A program made the position numbers and the translations under genes. Below, piece by piece: positions 15,338-40,667 of a stretch of 64,000 nucleotides of DNA. The stretch lies in NCBI GenBank assembly GCA_028826165.1, contig JAPDFW010000097.1, forward strand, positions 124,001-188,000, read 5' to 3'. This DNA is from Anaeramoeba ignava BMAN. Its lineage: Eukaryota; Protista; Anaeramoebae. How positions within the stretch are numbered: position 1 is the stretch's first letter; every line of letters begins with the position of its first letter. The notes under the pieces were generated by a model. The model worked only from the letters and a program-made list of their open reading frames with translations. It searched no databases and was not told the origin of the DNA.

Positions 15338-18300
15338 TTAATATAAAAAATCATTTTTTTGTCTAATATTTCTGATTAATTCAAAAATTGCGAAAATAAA
15401 ACCAATAACAGTTCCAAAAAGAAAAACACCCAATTCAATAAAAACAGGAATTAAAGTGAGAGATAATTTTGCAATTTTTCCTTCTAAATAAAAAGCAAGT
15501 AAAATAAAGAAAATAAGTAACGGCAAAGCTAAACAAATAAAAGTAATTGACATAATTCTCATATCAAATAGATGCTGACAAGTAGCAAAAATGAAACTGA
15601 AACAAGGAAGGAAAAAAAGAATAAAAAGTGGAATGAAAATGATAAAATAATTTGCTGTCAAATTTCCATTCAATTTAAGTAGCAAAAGAATAAAAAAAGC
15701 ATCCAAAAGAATAATCCAAATATTTATCAAGAAAAGTGAAATGAAGGATTGATTTCGATATGATTCTGCACTGCTAGCAATCATTATGAGGGTAAGAAAG
15801 CCTAGGACTATGAAAATGGGTATAAAAGCAATTTTCCAAGAAAAACTAACAATTCCATCATTTTTTAAACTAACAAATAAAATTGAAAGAACAATTAATT
15901 CAACAAGAGTTGAAAAAAGTGTCAATCCAATTATATCGTCTCTACGGAAAGTGGAATTTGAATCTTGCACAAAAATCATTAGGAAAATAATAATCCCGAA
16001 AATTCCAAATGTAGTAATTGTTGGTGAAAAAATTTTTGTTGTTGTTAAACTTGAAGAATCAGTGTCACGTGCCACTGCCAAAAGTATTAAAGAAGTAATC
16101 AATGCGAAATGGAATAAAGATGCAGAAATTCCCAAAATTGATTCCAATATATGACGCTTTCTCATTCTTTTAGCTATTAGTTTTTGCTGCTCTTTATATT
16201 GTTCATGACGTTCTGCTTTTTCTTTCATCTTCTCCTTAAGTAATTTCATGCGAGAAATTACGCTCTCTCGTGGATCATCAATCAATTTGATGTAATTCTT
16301 CCTTGCTTTTGGAGTAGTGATTTCAACAGGAACAAGTTGACCATCAACTTCCTTTGTTGTTTTCTTATCTGGTTGTACATTGGCATTAGCTGCCCAAGGC
16401 CTAAAAATAAAATGTCCTAATGGAGGATTTGGATTTGTGGTTATGTTATCAATGCCATCTTGGTTATCAAAAACATCATCTTTGACATTGCCATCGACAT
16501 TGGCATTATCCTTTATTTTATCTTCTTTGTTTGATTCTAGAAAAGGTGTATCGATATCAGTGAAAAGTAATCCTTTTTGGTTTTGATTTCTTGAATTTTT
16601 GGAGAAAGATCGTTTTGATATCCAATTAATTCAATGTTTCCAATAGATCTTGAACCTATTATTGGTTGAATGTCTAGTTTATCCCAAATATATAATTTAT
16701 TGTAATTTTTTGCTAAATTTCTCCATAAAGCCTGATCTTGAATTAATTCCCAAAGAGAAACGCATGTTAATCCAAACCGCATTAATTCAGGTGGTGATAA
16801 ATATGTTCCAATTTCCAGAATTACTTTTATATATTTAAATTTAAATTATAAATTATAAATTGAAATTGATTTATAAATTGAAATTATAAATTTTTAAATT
16901 GATTTGTAAATTGAAATTGATTTATAAATTGAAATTGATTTATAAATTGTAAATTGATTTTTAAATTTAAATTGATTTATAAATTGAAATTGATTTGTAA
17001 ATTTTAAATTGATTTGTAAATTGATTTATAAATTGAAATTGATTTATAAATTGAAATTGATTTATAAATTGTAAATTGATTTATAAATTGAAATTGATTT
17101 ATAAATTGAAATTGATTTATAAATTGAAATTGATTTGTAAAAATTAAATTGATTTGTAAATTGATTTATAAATTGAAATTGATTTATAAATTGAAATTGA
17201 TTTATAAATTGAAATTGATTTATAAATTGAAATTGATTTGAAATTTTGTAAATTGATTTATAAATTGAAATTGATTTATAAATTGAAATTGATTTGTAAA
17301 TTGATTTATAAATTGAAATTGATTTATAAATTTAAATTGATTTATAAATTGAAATTGATTTATAAATTGAAATTGATTTGTAAATTGAAATTGATTTATA
17401 AATTGAAATTGATTTATAAATGTAAATTGATTTGTAAATTGATTTATAAATGTAAATTGATTTGTAAATTGATTTATAAATTAATTTGTAAATTGATTTA
17501 TAAATTAATTTGTAAATTGATTTGTAAATTGAAATTGATTTATAAATTGAAATTGATTTATAAATTGAAATTGATTTATAAATTGATTTGTAAAAATTGA
17601 TTTGTAAATTGAAATTGATTTATAAATTGAAATTGATTTATAAATAAATTGGATTTATAAATTTATAAATTGATTTATAAATTGAAAATTGATTTATAAA
17701 TTTGGGGAATTTGATTTATAAATTGAAATTGATTTATAAATTGAAATTGATTTTATAAATTGAAATTGAAATTGATTTATAAATTGAAATTGATTTATAA
17801 ATTGAAATTGATTTATAAATTGAAATTGATTTATAAATTGAAATTGATTTGTAAATTGATTTATAAATTGAAATTGATTTATAAATTGAAATTGATTTAT
17901 AAATTGAAATTGATTTATAAATTGAAATTGATTTATAAATTTGATTTATAAAAAAATAAATTTATTTTGAAATTGAAATTGATTTGTAAATTGATTTATA
18001 AATTGAAATTGATTTATAAATTGAAATTGATTTATAAATTGATTTGTAAATTGAAATTGATTTATAAATTGAAATTGATTTATAAATTGAAATTGATTTA
18101 TAAATTGATTTATAAAATTGAAATTGAAATTGATTTATAAATTGAAATTGATTTATAAATTGAAATTGATTTGTAAATTGAAATTGATTTATAAATTGAA
18201 ATTGATTTATAAATTGAAATTGATTTATAAATTGAAATTGATTTATAAATTGAAATTGATTTATAAATTGAAATTCATTTATAAATTGAAATTGATTTGT

Positions 18301-18913
18301 AAATTGATTTATAAATTGAAATTGATTTATAAATTGAAATTGATTTATAAATTGAAATTGATTTATAAATTGAAATTGATTTATAAATTGAAATTGATTT
18401 ATAAATTGAAATTGATTTATAAATTGAAATTGATTTATAAATTGAAATTGATTTATAAATTGAAATTGATTTATAAATGTAAATTGATTTATAAATTGAA
18501 ATTGATTTTTAAATTGAAATTGAAATTGATTTATAAATTGAAATAAATTGAAATTGATTTATAAATTGATTTGTAAATTGATTTGTAAATTGAAATTGAT
18601 TTATAAATTGATTTGTAAATTGATTTGTAAATTGAAATTGGTTTGTAAATTGAAATTGGTTTGTAAATTAAATTGTAAATTGAAATTCGTTTTTAAATGT
18701 AATTTCATTTATACTCTCTTCAGGTAATTTTTCAAGAATTGTTTCTTGTTCTATTTCTGGAGCTTCATAAATATTATCTGAATTAATAAAAGGACTATCA
18801 ATAAGTTCTTTATATCTTTCATCTGTTATAACATAAACCCCTTTACCAGAAAAAATAACAAATTCATTAGCACCATTATTATTAATAGGAAGATAACGTC
18901 TTCTTCTCATCAT
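15338..18913 (-). CDS. F-box protein with C-terminal multi-pass TMEM185/TMEM60-like membrane domain (intron 16824-18714; frameshift near 16585)
   Basis: The spliced junction gives LEKLPEEIILEIGTYLSPPELMRFGLTCVSLWELIQDQALWR (F-box). The C-terminal region has ~7-8 TM helices with W/Y..IFIP motifs. Confidence 0.75.
16840..18680. repeat. 18-bp minisatellite (TAAATTGAAATTGATTTA)n filling the F-box gene intron
   Basis: Visible tandem unit; source of the spurious KLKLIY ORFs. Confidence 0.95.
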
Positions 18914-19013
18914 TTTTTAATAAATTTAAAATTAAAAAAAAAAGGAAAAAAATGAAGAAAAATATTTTTATTTAATTTCATTTTTTTCATTTTTTTTTTG
19001 CTTTTTTGTTTAA

Positions 19014-19621
19014 ATGGATTTTCAATTTGAATTTCATCAAATTTCAAAGAAATTTATTTAGGACCAGAAATTATAGCAACAAAACAACCAGAAAAATTAG
19101 AAAAATTAGGAATAACACACATTTTAAATATAACACTTGAAGGATTAACTCCATTTCCAGAAAAATTTAAATATAAAACAATCAAAATAGGAGATATTGA
19201 ATCAGCAAACATAAAAGAACATTTTGAAACAGCTTTTCAATTCATTTCAAAAGCGATTGAAAAATCCAAAAAAGTATATGTTCATTGTAATGGGGGAATA
19301 AGTCGATCAGCAACAATTGTTATTTATTTCTTAATGCGTTTTAATAAGATCTCTTTAAAAGATTCATTTGAACTAGTCAAAAAAAAACGACCCGAAATTT
19401 GTCCAAATAAATCTTTTTTTCGTCAATTAATTGAATCTGAAAAAGAACTTTTTAATCCTGAAAATCCTTCTATAACTTATAACGATTATCTTGTTTTGCT
19501 AATTCAACATTCTTTGCCGGATCTTTCTGTAGAACAAATTAAAGAAGCTTTTTTATTGAGTGATCAAGATGTTATTAAAACTGAAACTTTTCTTTTAAAA
19601 AAATATTTTGGATTGAAATAA
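19014..19621 (+). CDS. Dual-specificity protein phosphatase with C-terminal CUE/UBA-like domain
   Basis: IYLG...LGITHILNIT...VYVHCNGGISRSATIVIYFLM...KRPEICPNKSFFRQL. One frameshift near 19048. Confidence 0.88.
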
Positions 19622-19725
19622 ATCCATAATAAAAAATTAAAAAAATTTTTTTATCTGTTTTTCAAAAAATCATTTTTTTCCTTTCTTTTCGTTTTTAGTT
19701 TGAAAATTTTAATTATAAACTTTAA

Positions 19726-21444
19726 ATGGAAGAAGAACAAGAAAATAAAAAAATTAAATCAAAATTTTCCATTTTGGATTCAAAAATTGAATTGGATGAA
19801 ACTGAACAAAAATTATTCACTTTTTTACAACAAGTTATTCAAAGATACAACTTAGGAATTGAACTAAGAGTATCTGGCGGTTGGGTTCGTGATAAAATTC
19901 TAGGCAAATCTTCATCTGATTATGATTTTGTTATAAGCAACTTAAAAATAACTGAATTTGCTCAATTTATAAATCAATTTATGAAGGAAGAATTTGAAAA
20001 GAAAAACAACAGCAATCAGAAAGAAAACAGTGAGGAAACTTCTGAGAAAGAAAAGAAGTTTCGAGATAAAACAATCATCTCAATAAATTCAAATCCGGAA
20101 AAAGGAAAAAATTTAGAAACTGTTCGAATGAAAATTTTTGACAATTGGATCGATTTAACAAATTTTCGCAAAAAATCAACAGATCCAAAAGACAAGGAAT
20201 TTGGAACACCTCTTGTGGATGCGCAGATGAGAGATTTTACTATTAATTCCTTATTTTACAACATCTCAACAAACCAAATTGAAGACTTGACAGGAAAAGG
20301 ATTATCCGATCTTCAAATGCAAACAATAACAACACCTCTTGAACCAGAACAGACTTTTATAGATGATCCGCTGCGTATTTTGAGAGCTATTCGTTTCGCA
20401 ACAAAATATAAATTTAAGATCCATTCAAAAGTGGAATCAGTTATGAAAACCATTGATATACATAAGCAATTTTTGGATCGCATCAGTAGAGAAAGAGTGG
20501 GCACTGAAATTGAAAAAATTATGCTTCTTCCCAATTCACTTTCAGGGTTAATTCACATTTGTAATGCGGCTATGTATCCTATTGTTTTTCTCGGAAAGTT
20601 GGATGAAGAAATTCAAATTTTAAATTTCGTTCATAATTCACTTTTGATTTACCAAGATTTTCTTTCATATTTTTTCCCTCAATTAACAGATCCTTGTGAA
20701 AAATCAATTCTCTATTCTGTTCTTTATCTTCCTTATTTTGATTCCTTTTTGGATGATGGAAAAACTCCTCAAATTTTTAATTCAATGTTTTTATCTTCAA
20801 AATCAACTAAAAAAGATTATAATTATGTTTTCTCTTTATTTCAAGCAATTAAAGAATTTTCTTCTCTTTTTTCGCGTGATATCCATTTAGTTTTCGGAAA
20901 TGTTCTAGATTATAATCAATTTTCAACTTATTTTAATTCTCAAATGAAAATGAAAATGGAAATGGAAATCAATTATTCTGATCCAAAAACAATGGAAAAA
21001 TTTTTTATTCAAAATTCTGATTTTCGAACACTTATTTGTCGTTTTTTAATCAAACATAAAGAAAAATGGATTAAAATTCTATTAATTTCAAATTTATTAG
21101 AAATTGTTAATAATTTTCATCAAATCCAAAAGGAAAACAATTTAAATTTTTTGGAAAGTGTTTCTTCTTTAATGAATATTTATCAAACAATTAAAAATGA
21201 AATATTAAAAATGAATCCAGAAAAGATTTGGAATACAAAACCAATTTTATCAGTAAATTTTTAAATAAATATAATAAATTTAATTAAATAAATTAAATAA
21301 AATAAATAGGGATCGGAAATTATGAAATGTTTAGGAATGAAAAAAGGAAGTTCTTTAATTTCAAAACTTATTAAAGAATTATTAAATTTTCAATTATCAA
21401 AAGAAAAAGAAATTTCAAAAGAAGAAGCAGAAAATTTGGATTAA
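19726..21444 (+). CDS. Class II tRNA nucleotidyltransferase (CCA-adding family); intron 21253-21309
   Basis: LRVSGGWVRDKILG..S.DYD, RDFTINSLFYN, DDPLRILRAIRF and ISRERVG.E motifs. Confidence 0.92.
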
Positions 21445-21646
21445 AAAAAAATATGAAGAATTAAAAAAATAAAAAACAAAATAATTAGAAAATTAAAATG
21501 AAAACGAAAACAAATTATTTTTCTGAAATTGATAAAAAAGAATAAAAAGAAAAAAAACCAAAAATAAAAAACGGAAATTTTTTTGGAAATGAAAAAAATT
21601 AAAAAAAAATTAAAATTAAAAAAAAAGTAAAAAGTAAAAAAGTAAA

Positions 21647-30715
<9,069 letters not shown>

Positions 30716-30943
30716 TTTAATTCAAATTTTCAATTTTTAATTTAATTTTAAAAAATAATAAAAATAATAAGAATAATAATTAAAAAAGAAAAAAAAAAAG
30801 AAAAAATGAAAAAATGAAAAATCTTTTTTCTTTCTTTTTATTTAAAGTTGGAACTCAAAAAGAAAAAAAAAAATAAAAAAAAATAAAAAGAAAAATCATT
30901 TTAAATCAAAATTAGTCATTTTCCATTTATTTTTATTTTATTT

Positions 30944-33561
30944 TTAATCTTCTAAATTATCTAAATCTTCTGGAATTTCCATTTGTTTACAAAAATCACT
31001 TGATTTAATTCCAAATGTTTTATTAACATAACTTTGAACTTCATAAATATTATCAGTCCATCTATTTGCAGCATCTTTTGCAATTTCTGCTTCTTTTTTC
31101 ATTGCAAAAACAACTTCTGGATTTAAAGAACGAAATTTTTCAACTAAAACATTTAATTCATTCACTTTTTCTTCTAAATTTGAAATTTCTTCATCAATAA
31201 GATGTCTTTCTTCCTAATTTTTATAATTTTTTTAAATCAATAAAAAAAAAAAGTGGAATAAAAAAATTTTATTGTTTTTTTTTTACTGTTTCTTCTCTTC
31301 CTGGTCTTAATTCTTCAATTTTTGTTTTATATTCTTCATTACTTTGTTTTGCTTGTTTTAATTTTTTATCAAGTTGTTTTTTCAAATTAATTTTCTAATA
31401 TAAAAATTATAAATAAAATTATAAATAAAATTATAAATAAAATTATAAATAAATTAAATTATAAAAAAATAATCTTTTAAATTAAATAATAAAATTTGCA
31501 AAAATTATAAATTAAATTATAAATAAAAATTATAAATTAAATTATAAATAAAATAATTTTAATTTATAAATTAAATTTTTCTTCTAAATTATAAATAAAA
31601 TTATAAAATAAAAGATATAAATAAAATTATAAATAAAATTATAATTAAAAAATAAATAAAAATTATAAAAAAATTTAAATAAAATTTTTAATAAAATTAT
31701 AAAATAAAATTTAAATAAAATTTTAAATTAAATTTATAAATAAAATTATAAATAAAATTATAAATAAAAATTATAAATAAATTAAATTATAAAAAAATTA
31801 TAAATAAATTATAAATAAAATTATAAATAAAATTATAAATAAAATTATAAATAAAATTATAAATTAAATTATAAATTAAATTATAAATAAAATTATAAAA
31901 TAAAATTATAAATAAAATTATAAATAAAATTATAAATAAAATTATAAATTAAAATTATAAATAAAATTATAAATAAAATTATAAATTAAATTATAAATTA
32001 AATTATAAATTAAATTATAAATAAAATTATAAATAAAATTATAAATAAAATTATAAATAAAATTATAAATAAAATTATAAATAAAATTATAAATAAAATT
32101 ATAAAATAAAATTATAAATTAAATTATAAATTAAAATTATAAATAAAATTAAAAATAAAATTATAAATTAAAATATAAATTATAAATTAAAATTATAAAT
32201 AAAATAAAAAAAATATAAATTAAATTAAATAAATAAATTAAATTATAAATAAAATTATAAATAAAATTATAAATTATAGAATAAAATTATAAATAAAATT
32301 ATAAATAAAATTATAAATAAAATTATAAATAAAAATTATAAATAAAATTATAAATTAAATTATAAATTAAATTATAAATTAAAATTATAAATAAAATTAT
32401 AAATAAAATTATAAATAAAATTATAAATTAAATTAAAATAAATAAAAATAAAATTATAAAATAAAAAATTAAAAATAAAATTATAAATAAAATTATAAAT
32501 AAAATTATAAATAAAATTATAAATTAAATTAAATAAAATAAAATTATAAATAAAATTATAAATAAAATTATAAATAAAAATTATAAATAAAATTATAAAT
32601 TAAAATTATAAATAAAATTATAAATTAAATTATAAATAAAATTATAAATTAAAATTATAAATAAAATTATAAATTAAATTATAAATAAAAAATTATAAAT
32701 AAAATTATAAATTAAAATTATAAATAAAATTATAAATAAAATTATAAATAAAATTATAAATTAAAATTATAAATTAAATTATAAATAAAATTATAAATTA
32801 AAATTATAAATAAAATTATAAATAAAATTATAAAATAAAATTATAAATAAAATTATAAATAAAATTATAAATAAAATTATAAATTAAAATTATAAATTGG
32901 AAATTATAAATAAAATTATAAATAAAATTATAAATAAAATTATAAATTAAAATTATAAATAAAATTATAAATAAAATTATAAATTAAAATTATAAATAAA
33001 ATTATAAATAAAATTATAAAATAAAATTATAAATAAAATTATAAATAAAAAATTATAAAATTAAATTATAAATAAAATTATAAATAAAATTATAAAAAAT
33101 TAAATTATAAAATAAAAATTATAAATAAAATTATAAATTAAATTATAAATAAAATTATAAATAAAATTATAAATAAAATTATAAATAAAATTATAAATTA
33201 AATTATAAATAAAATTATAAATAAAATTATAAATAAAATTATAAATAAAATTATAAATAAAATTATAAATAAAATATAAATTAAATAATAAATAAAATTA
33301 TAATAAATTCTAATCTACATTTTGTTGAATTTTGCTTGGAAAACTCCAATAAAAATTTGATAAACCAATTTTTTCAGTATCAATTAAATTTTCATCAATT
33401 AAATATTGATTTGTTTCTTTTAAAATAGGACCAGAAATAGAAACAGCTTTTGAAACTTGATTTTCAACTTCTTTTGAACTAAAAGCAGTTTTACTTTGAC
33501 GATAAAAATTTAAAAGTTTTTGTCTTTTTTCTTCAGCAGTAACTCTTCCTCTTTTACTCAT
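30944..33561 (-). CDS. MND1: Meiotic nuclear division protein 1, 3 exons
   Basis: MSKRG.VTAEEKRQKLL...EKIGLSNFYWSFPS and C-terminal AKDAANRWTDNIY...IPEDLD. Confidence 0.93.
31400..33302. repeat. (ATAAAATTATAA)n ~12-bp intronic satellite (~1.9 kb) in MND1
   Basis: Visible. Confidence 0.95.
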
Positions 33562-33695
33562 TTTATTTAAATTGAAAAAAAAATAAAAAATGAAAAATGA
33601 AAAATAAAAAATTTTTTAATCTTTTTATAATGTTTGTTTTTTTTTTTTAATTTTTTTTAATTTTTTTTTCTTTTTCATTTTTTTTCTTTTCTTTT

Positions 33696-35204
33696 ATGAT
33701 TCAATTTAATCAAACCTCTCAATTTAAAAATTGGTTTTTTACAAATTCTCAATTAGAGAATCTAAGAAAAAAAACTTATGAAAACTCAATAAAAGAAATT
33801 CTTTCTGTAAAATTTAAAATGAAAATTTTGAATGAAGTTTAAATTTGAATTTTAAACAAAAAAACAAAATAAATAATCAATTCAAAAATGGATTAAAAAT
33901 CAAAATAAAATTGACTAAAATGAAAAAATACAAACATAAAAACTACAAGTTGACAGAATTAGAAAAAAATAAAGAAGAGCTTATTACATTTGAAGAGAAT
34001 CAAGAGTTAATAAATTATTATCAGAAGATCACATATTTTTTATGTTTTGAAGCAGCAAAATTATCACGAAAAATAACGCAAACTGCGTTAATATACTTCA
34101 AAAGATTTTACTTAAATTCAACCGCTATGGATCATGATCCTCTAATAGTCTCAATAGCTGCCATCTTCTTGGCTGCAAAGGTTGAGGACAAACAACAACA
34201 TTCTAATCTCCTTTCTGAAATAGCAAACTATCATTTTCCAAATTTAAAAAAAATATGTTCAAATGAACAAATTCTTTCTTATGAAATTATACTTTTAGAC
34301 TCGCTTAAATTTGATTTGCTTGTTTATTTTCCTTTGCGTTCAGCTTTTGGTTTTCTTTCTGATATGTTTTCTAAATCTTATCTTTCTTTAAAAAGTCAAA
34401 TTGAAATGGATATTGAAAATTTGGATAAAAAAAATCAAATTGTTATAATGTTTTATAATCACTGCAAAGAAATATTCGCCCAGCAGATCATAATGTCTGA
34501 TCTTGTCTTACTCTTTAATCCTGCGCATCTTGCTTTATTTATTATTCATTTGATCGAAAAAAATATGAAAGAAGACCAAAATAAATTTCAAAAGGAAAAT
34601 CAATTTAATTTGAATTTGAATCAATATATTCTTGATATTTTTGGTCAAGATTTTTTCAATCAAATTCAACAAATTTTTTTAGATATTGAAAAGTTTTTTG
34701 ATATTCCTGATTATTTAAAAATTGATTATCAAAAAATGAATGAACGAAATGAAAATGAAAATGAAAATGAAAATCAAAATCAAAATCAAAATCAAAATCA
34801 AAATCAAAATCAAAATCAAAATCAAAATGAAAATGATTCAATTGAAAAAATTTTAGAAAATCTTTTTACAAAAGAACAATGGGAAAGACATAATTTTTTA
34901 AGAATAAAATTGGAAAAATCTCGAAATCCATTTAAAGATCCAAATAGTGAAATGTATTATTTGATTAAATTAAATTTTTAAATATAAATATTAATTTAAT
35001 TAATTAATTAAAAATAGATTCCAAAAAATGAAAGAAAAAGAAAAACTTGAAAAAATGGAAAAATCTAAATCAAAATTTCAAAAAATGGCAGAAAAAGAAG
35101 AAAGAGAATTAAAAGAATTTTTTCAACCAAAAGAAGGAGAAAAAGAAGATGATGAAGATTTTGAATTAAAATTTCAATTTAAAAGAGGAAGAACACAAAA
35201 ATAA
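33696..35204 (+). CDS. CCNH: Cyclin H-like (CAK/TFIIK cyclin), 3 exons
   Basis: N-terminal TSQFKNWFF, ITFEE, TALIYFKRFYLNSTAMDHDP, IFLAAKVED, E..LL..LKFDLLVY.P.R. Confidence 0.85.
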
Positions 35205-35365
35205 AAAAAATAAATTCAGAAAAGAAAAGAAAAAAAAAAAAGATTTTAATTGAGAATTCAAAAAAAAAAAGTGGAATAAAATTCAATGAAAAAAAAATGA
35301 AAAATCAAAGAAAGAAAATTTGATTTTTGATTTTTGATTTTTGATTTTTTGATTTTTGATATAAT

Positions 35366-39651
<4,286 letters not shown>

Positions 39652-39736
39652 GAAAAAAAAATAAAAGGAAAAAAAGGAAAAAAAGGAAAAAAATGAAAAT
39701 TTTTTATTTTAAATTTTTTTTTAAATTGGAAAAAAA

Positions 39737-40582
39737 TTAAACATCAATAAAATTCCATAATTGATTTTCTCCAATAACATCAGAAAAATAAACTGGATAA
39801 ATTGTAACTGGAGCACCTGAATCAAGAGATCCAGAAAAAACAGTTGCACATTTTGTATTTGCTTTTGAAATCAAATAAAAATGATTTTCAACAGGTTGAA
39901 AAACCCAAAGTTGATGGTTTTTATTTTGAAAAGTTTGCTGAACCAAATTTGATCCATCTGGACTTGATTCATCCAACATTGAAAGACAAAGTCCACTTTT
40001 TTTATTAATAATAGCAAATGCCATGTGATTATCAGTTATTTGTAATGCCCATTTTTGACTTGATTTATTAAAAGAATTGGATTGGCAAATTTTTGCATTC
40101 TCATTTTTGGATGAGCCAAAAACATCAAGAACTTTCCCGCTGTTTTGGTTCACAATATATCGATAAGGAATGACTTTCGGAATAAAAATCCAAAGTTGTT
40201 CTGGACTTAAACTTTTTGGAACAAGAGCAACTTGATAATTTTTGGATTTTTCATCAGTTTTTTTTGTGTCAATTTCTAATCCAATTGCAGTTTTTGTTTT
40301 TTTATTCATAATCCTGAATAGAGAATTTTCTTCTTTTTGAATGATCCAGAAATTCCCAGATTTTTTCCCTAAATCTTCAATTTTAAGTGAATTAGATTCA
40401 GCTGATAAACAATAATTTGAACTTGCTGTTAGAATTTTTAATTTTCCATCATGAGGTTCAAATTTCCATAATTGAGAAGTATTTTTCCCATTATTTGCAA
40501 GAATTAATGTTTTTGATTCTGTTGTTTGTAAGAATTTGCCAGTTTCTTGATTTAAAATTTGATAAAGAGCGTTTGATATCAT
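39737..40582 (-). CDS. Tandem ricin-B (beta-trefoil, QxW) lectin, no signal peptide
   Basis: SQLW, EQLW, SQKW, HQLW and NQLW repeats; IVNQNSGKVLDV. Confidence 0.88.
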   Translation of the reverse strand: MISNALYQILNQETGKFLQTTESKTLILANNGKNTSQLWKFEPHDGKLKILTASSNYCLSAESNSLKIEDLGKKSGNFWIIQKEENSLFRIMNKKTKTAIGLEIDTKKTDEKSKNYQVALVPKSLSPEQLWIFIPKVIPYRYIVNQNSGKVLDVFGSSKNENAKICQSNSFNKSSQKWALQITDNHMAFAIINKKSGLCLSMLDESSPDGSNLVQQTFQNKNHQLWVFQPVENHFYLISKANTKCATVFSGSLDSGAPVTIYPVYFSDVIGENQLWNFIDV

Positions 40583-40667
40583 TTCAAAAAGAAAAGAAGA
40601 AAAAAAATGAAAAAAAAAAATTTAAATTAATTTTTATTTTATCTTTATCTTTTTTTTAATTTTGAAA

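Noticed and set aside
15786-16154. Short antisense or alternate-frame ORFs overlapping larger genes throughout the track
   Set aside because: Shadows of real CDSs with no motifs of their own
16840-18680. [18 protein letters not shown] and NFNF ORFs here and at 1811-2158, 22175-22483, 35939-36289, 37825-38394 and 50974-51279
   Set aside because: Stop-free translations of intronic or intergenic microsatellites
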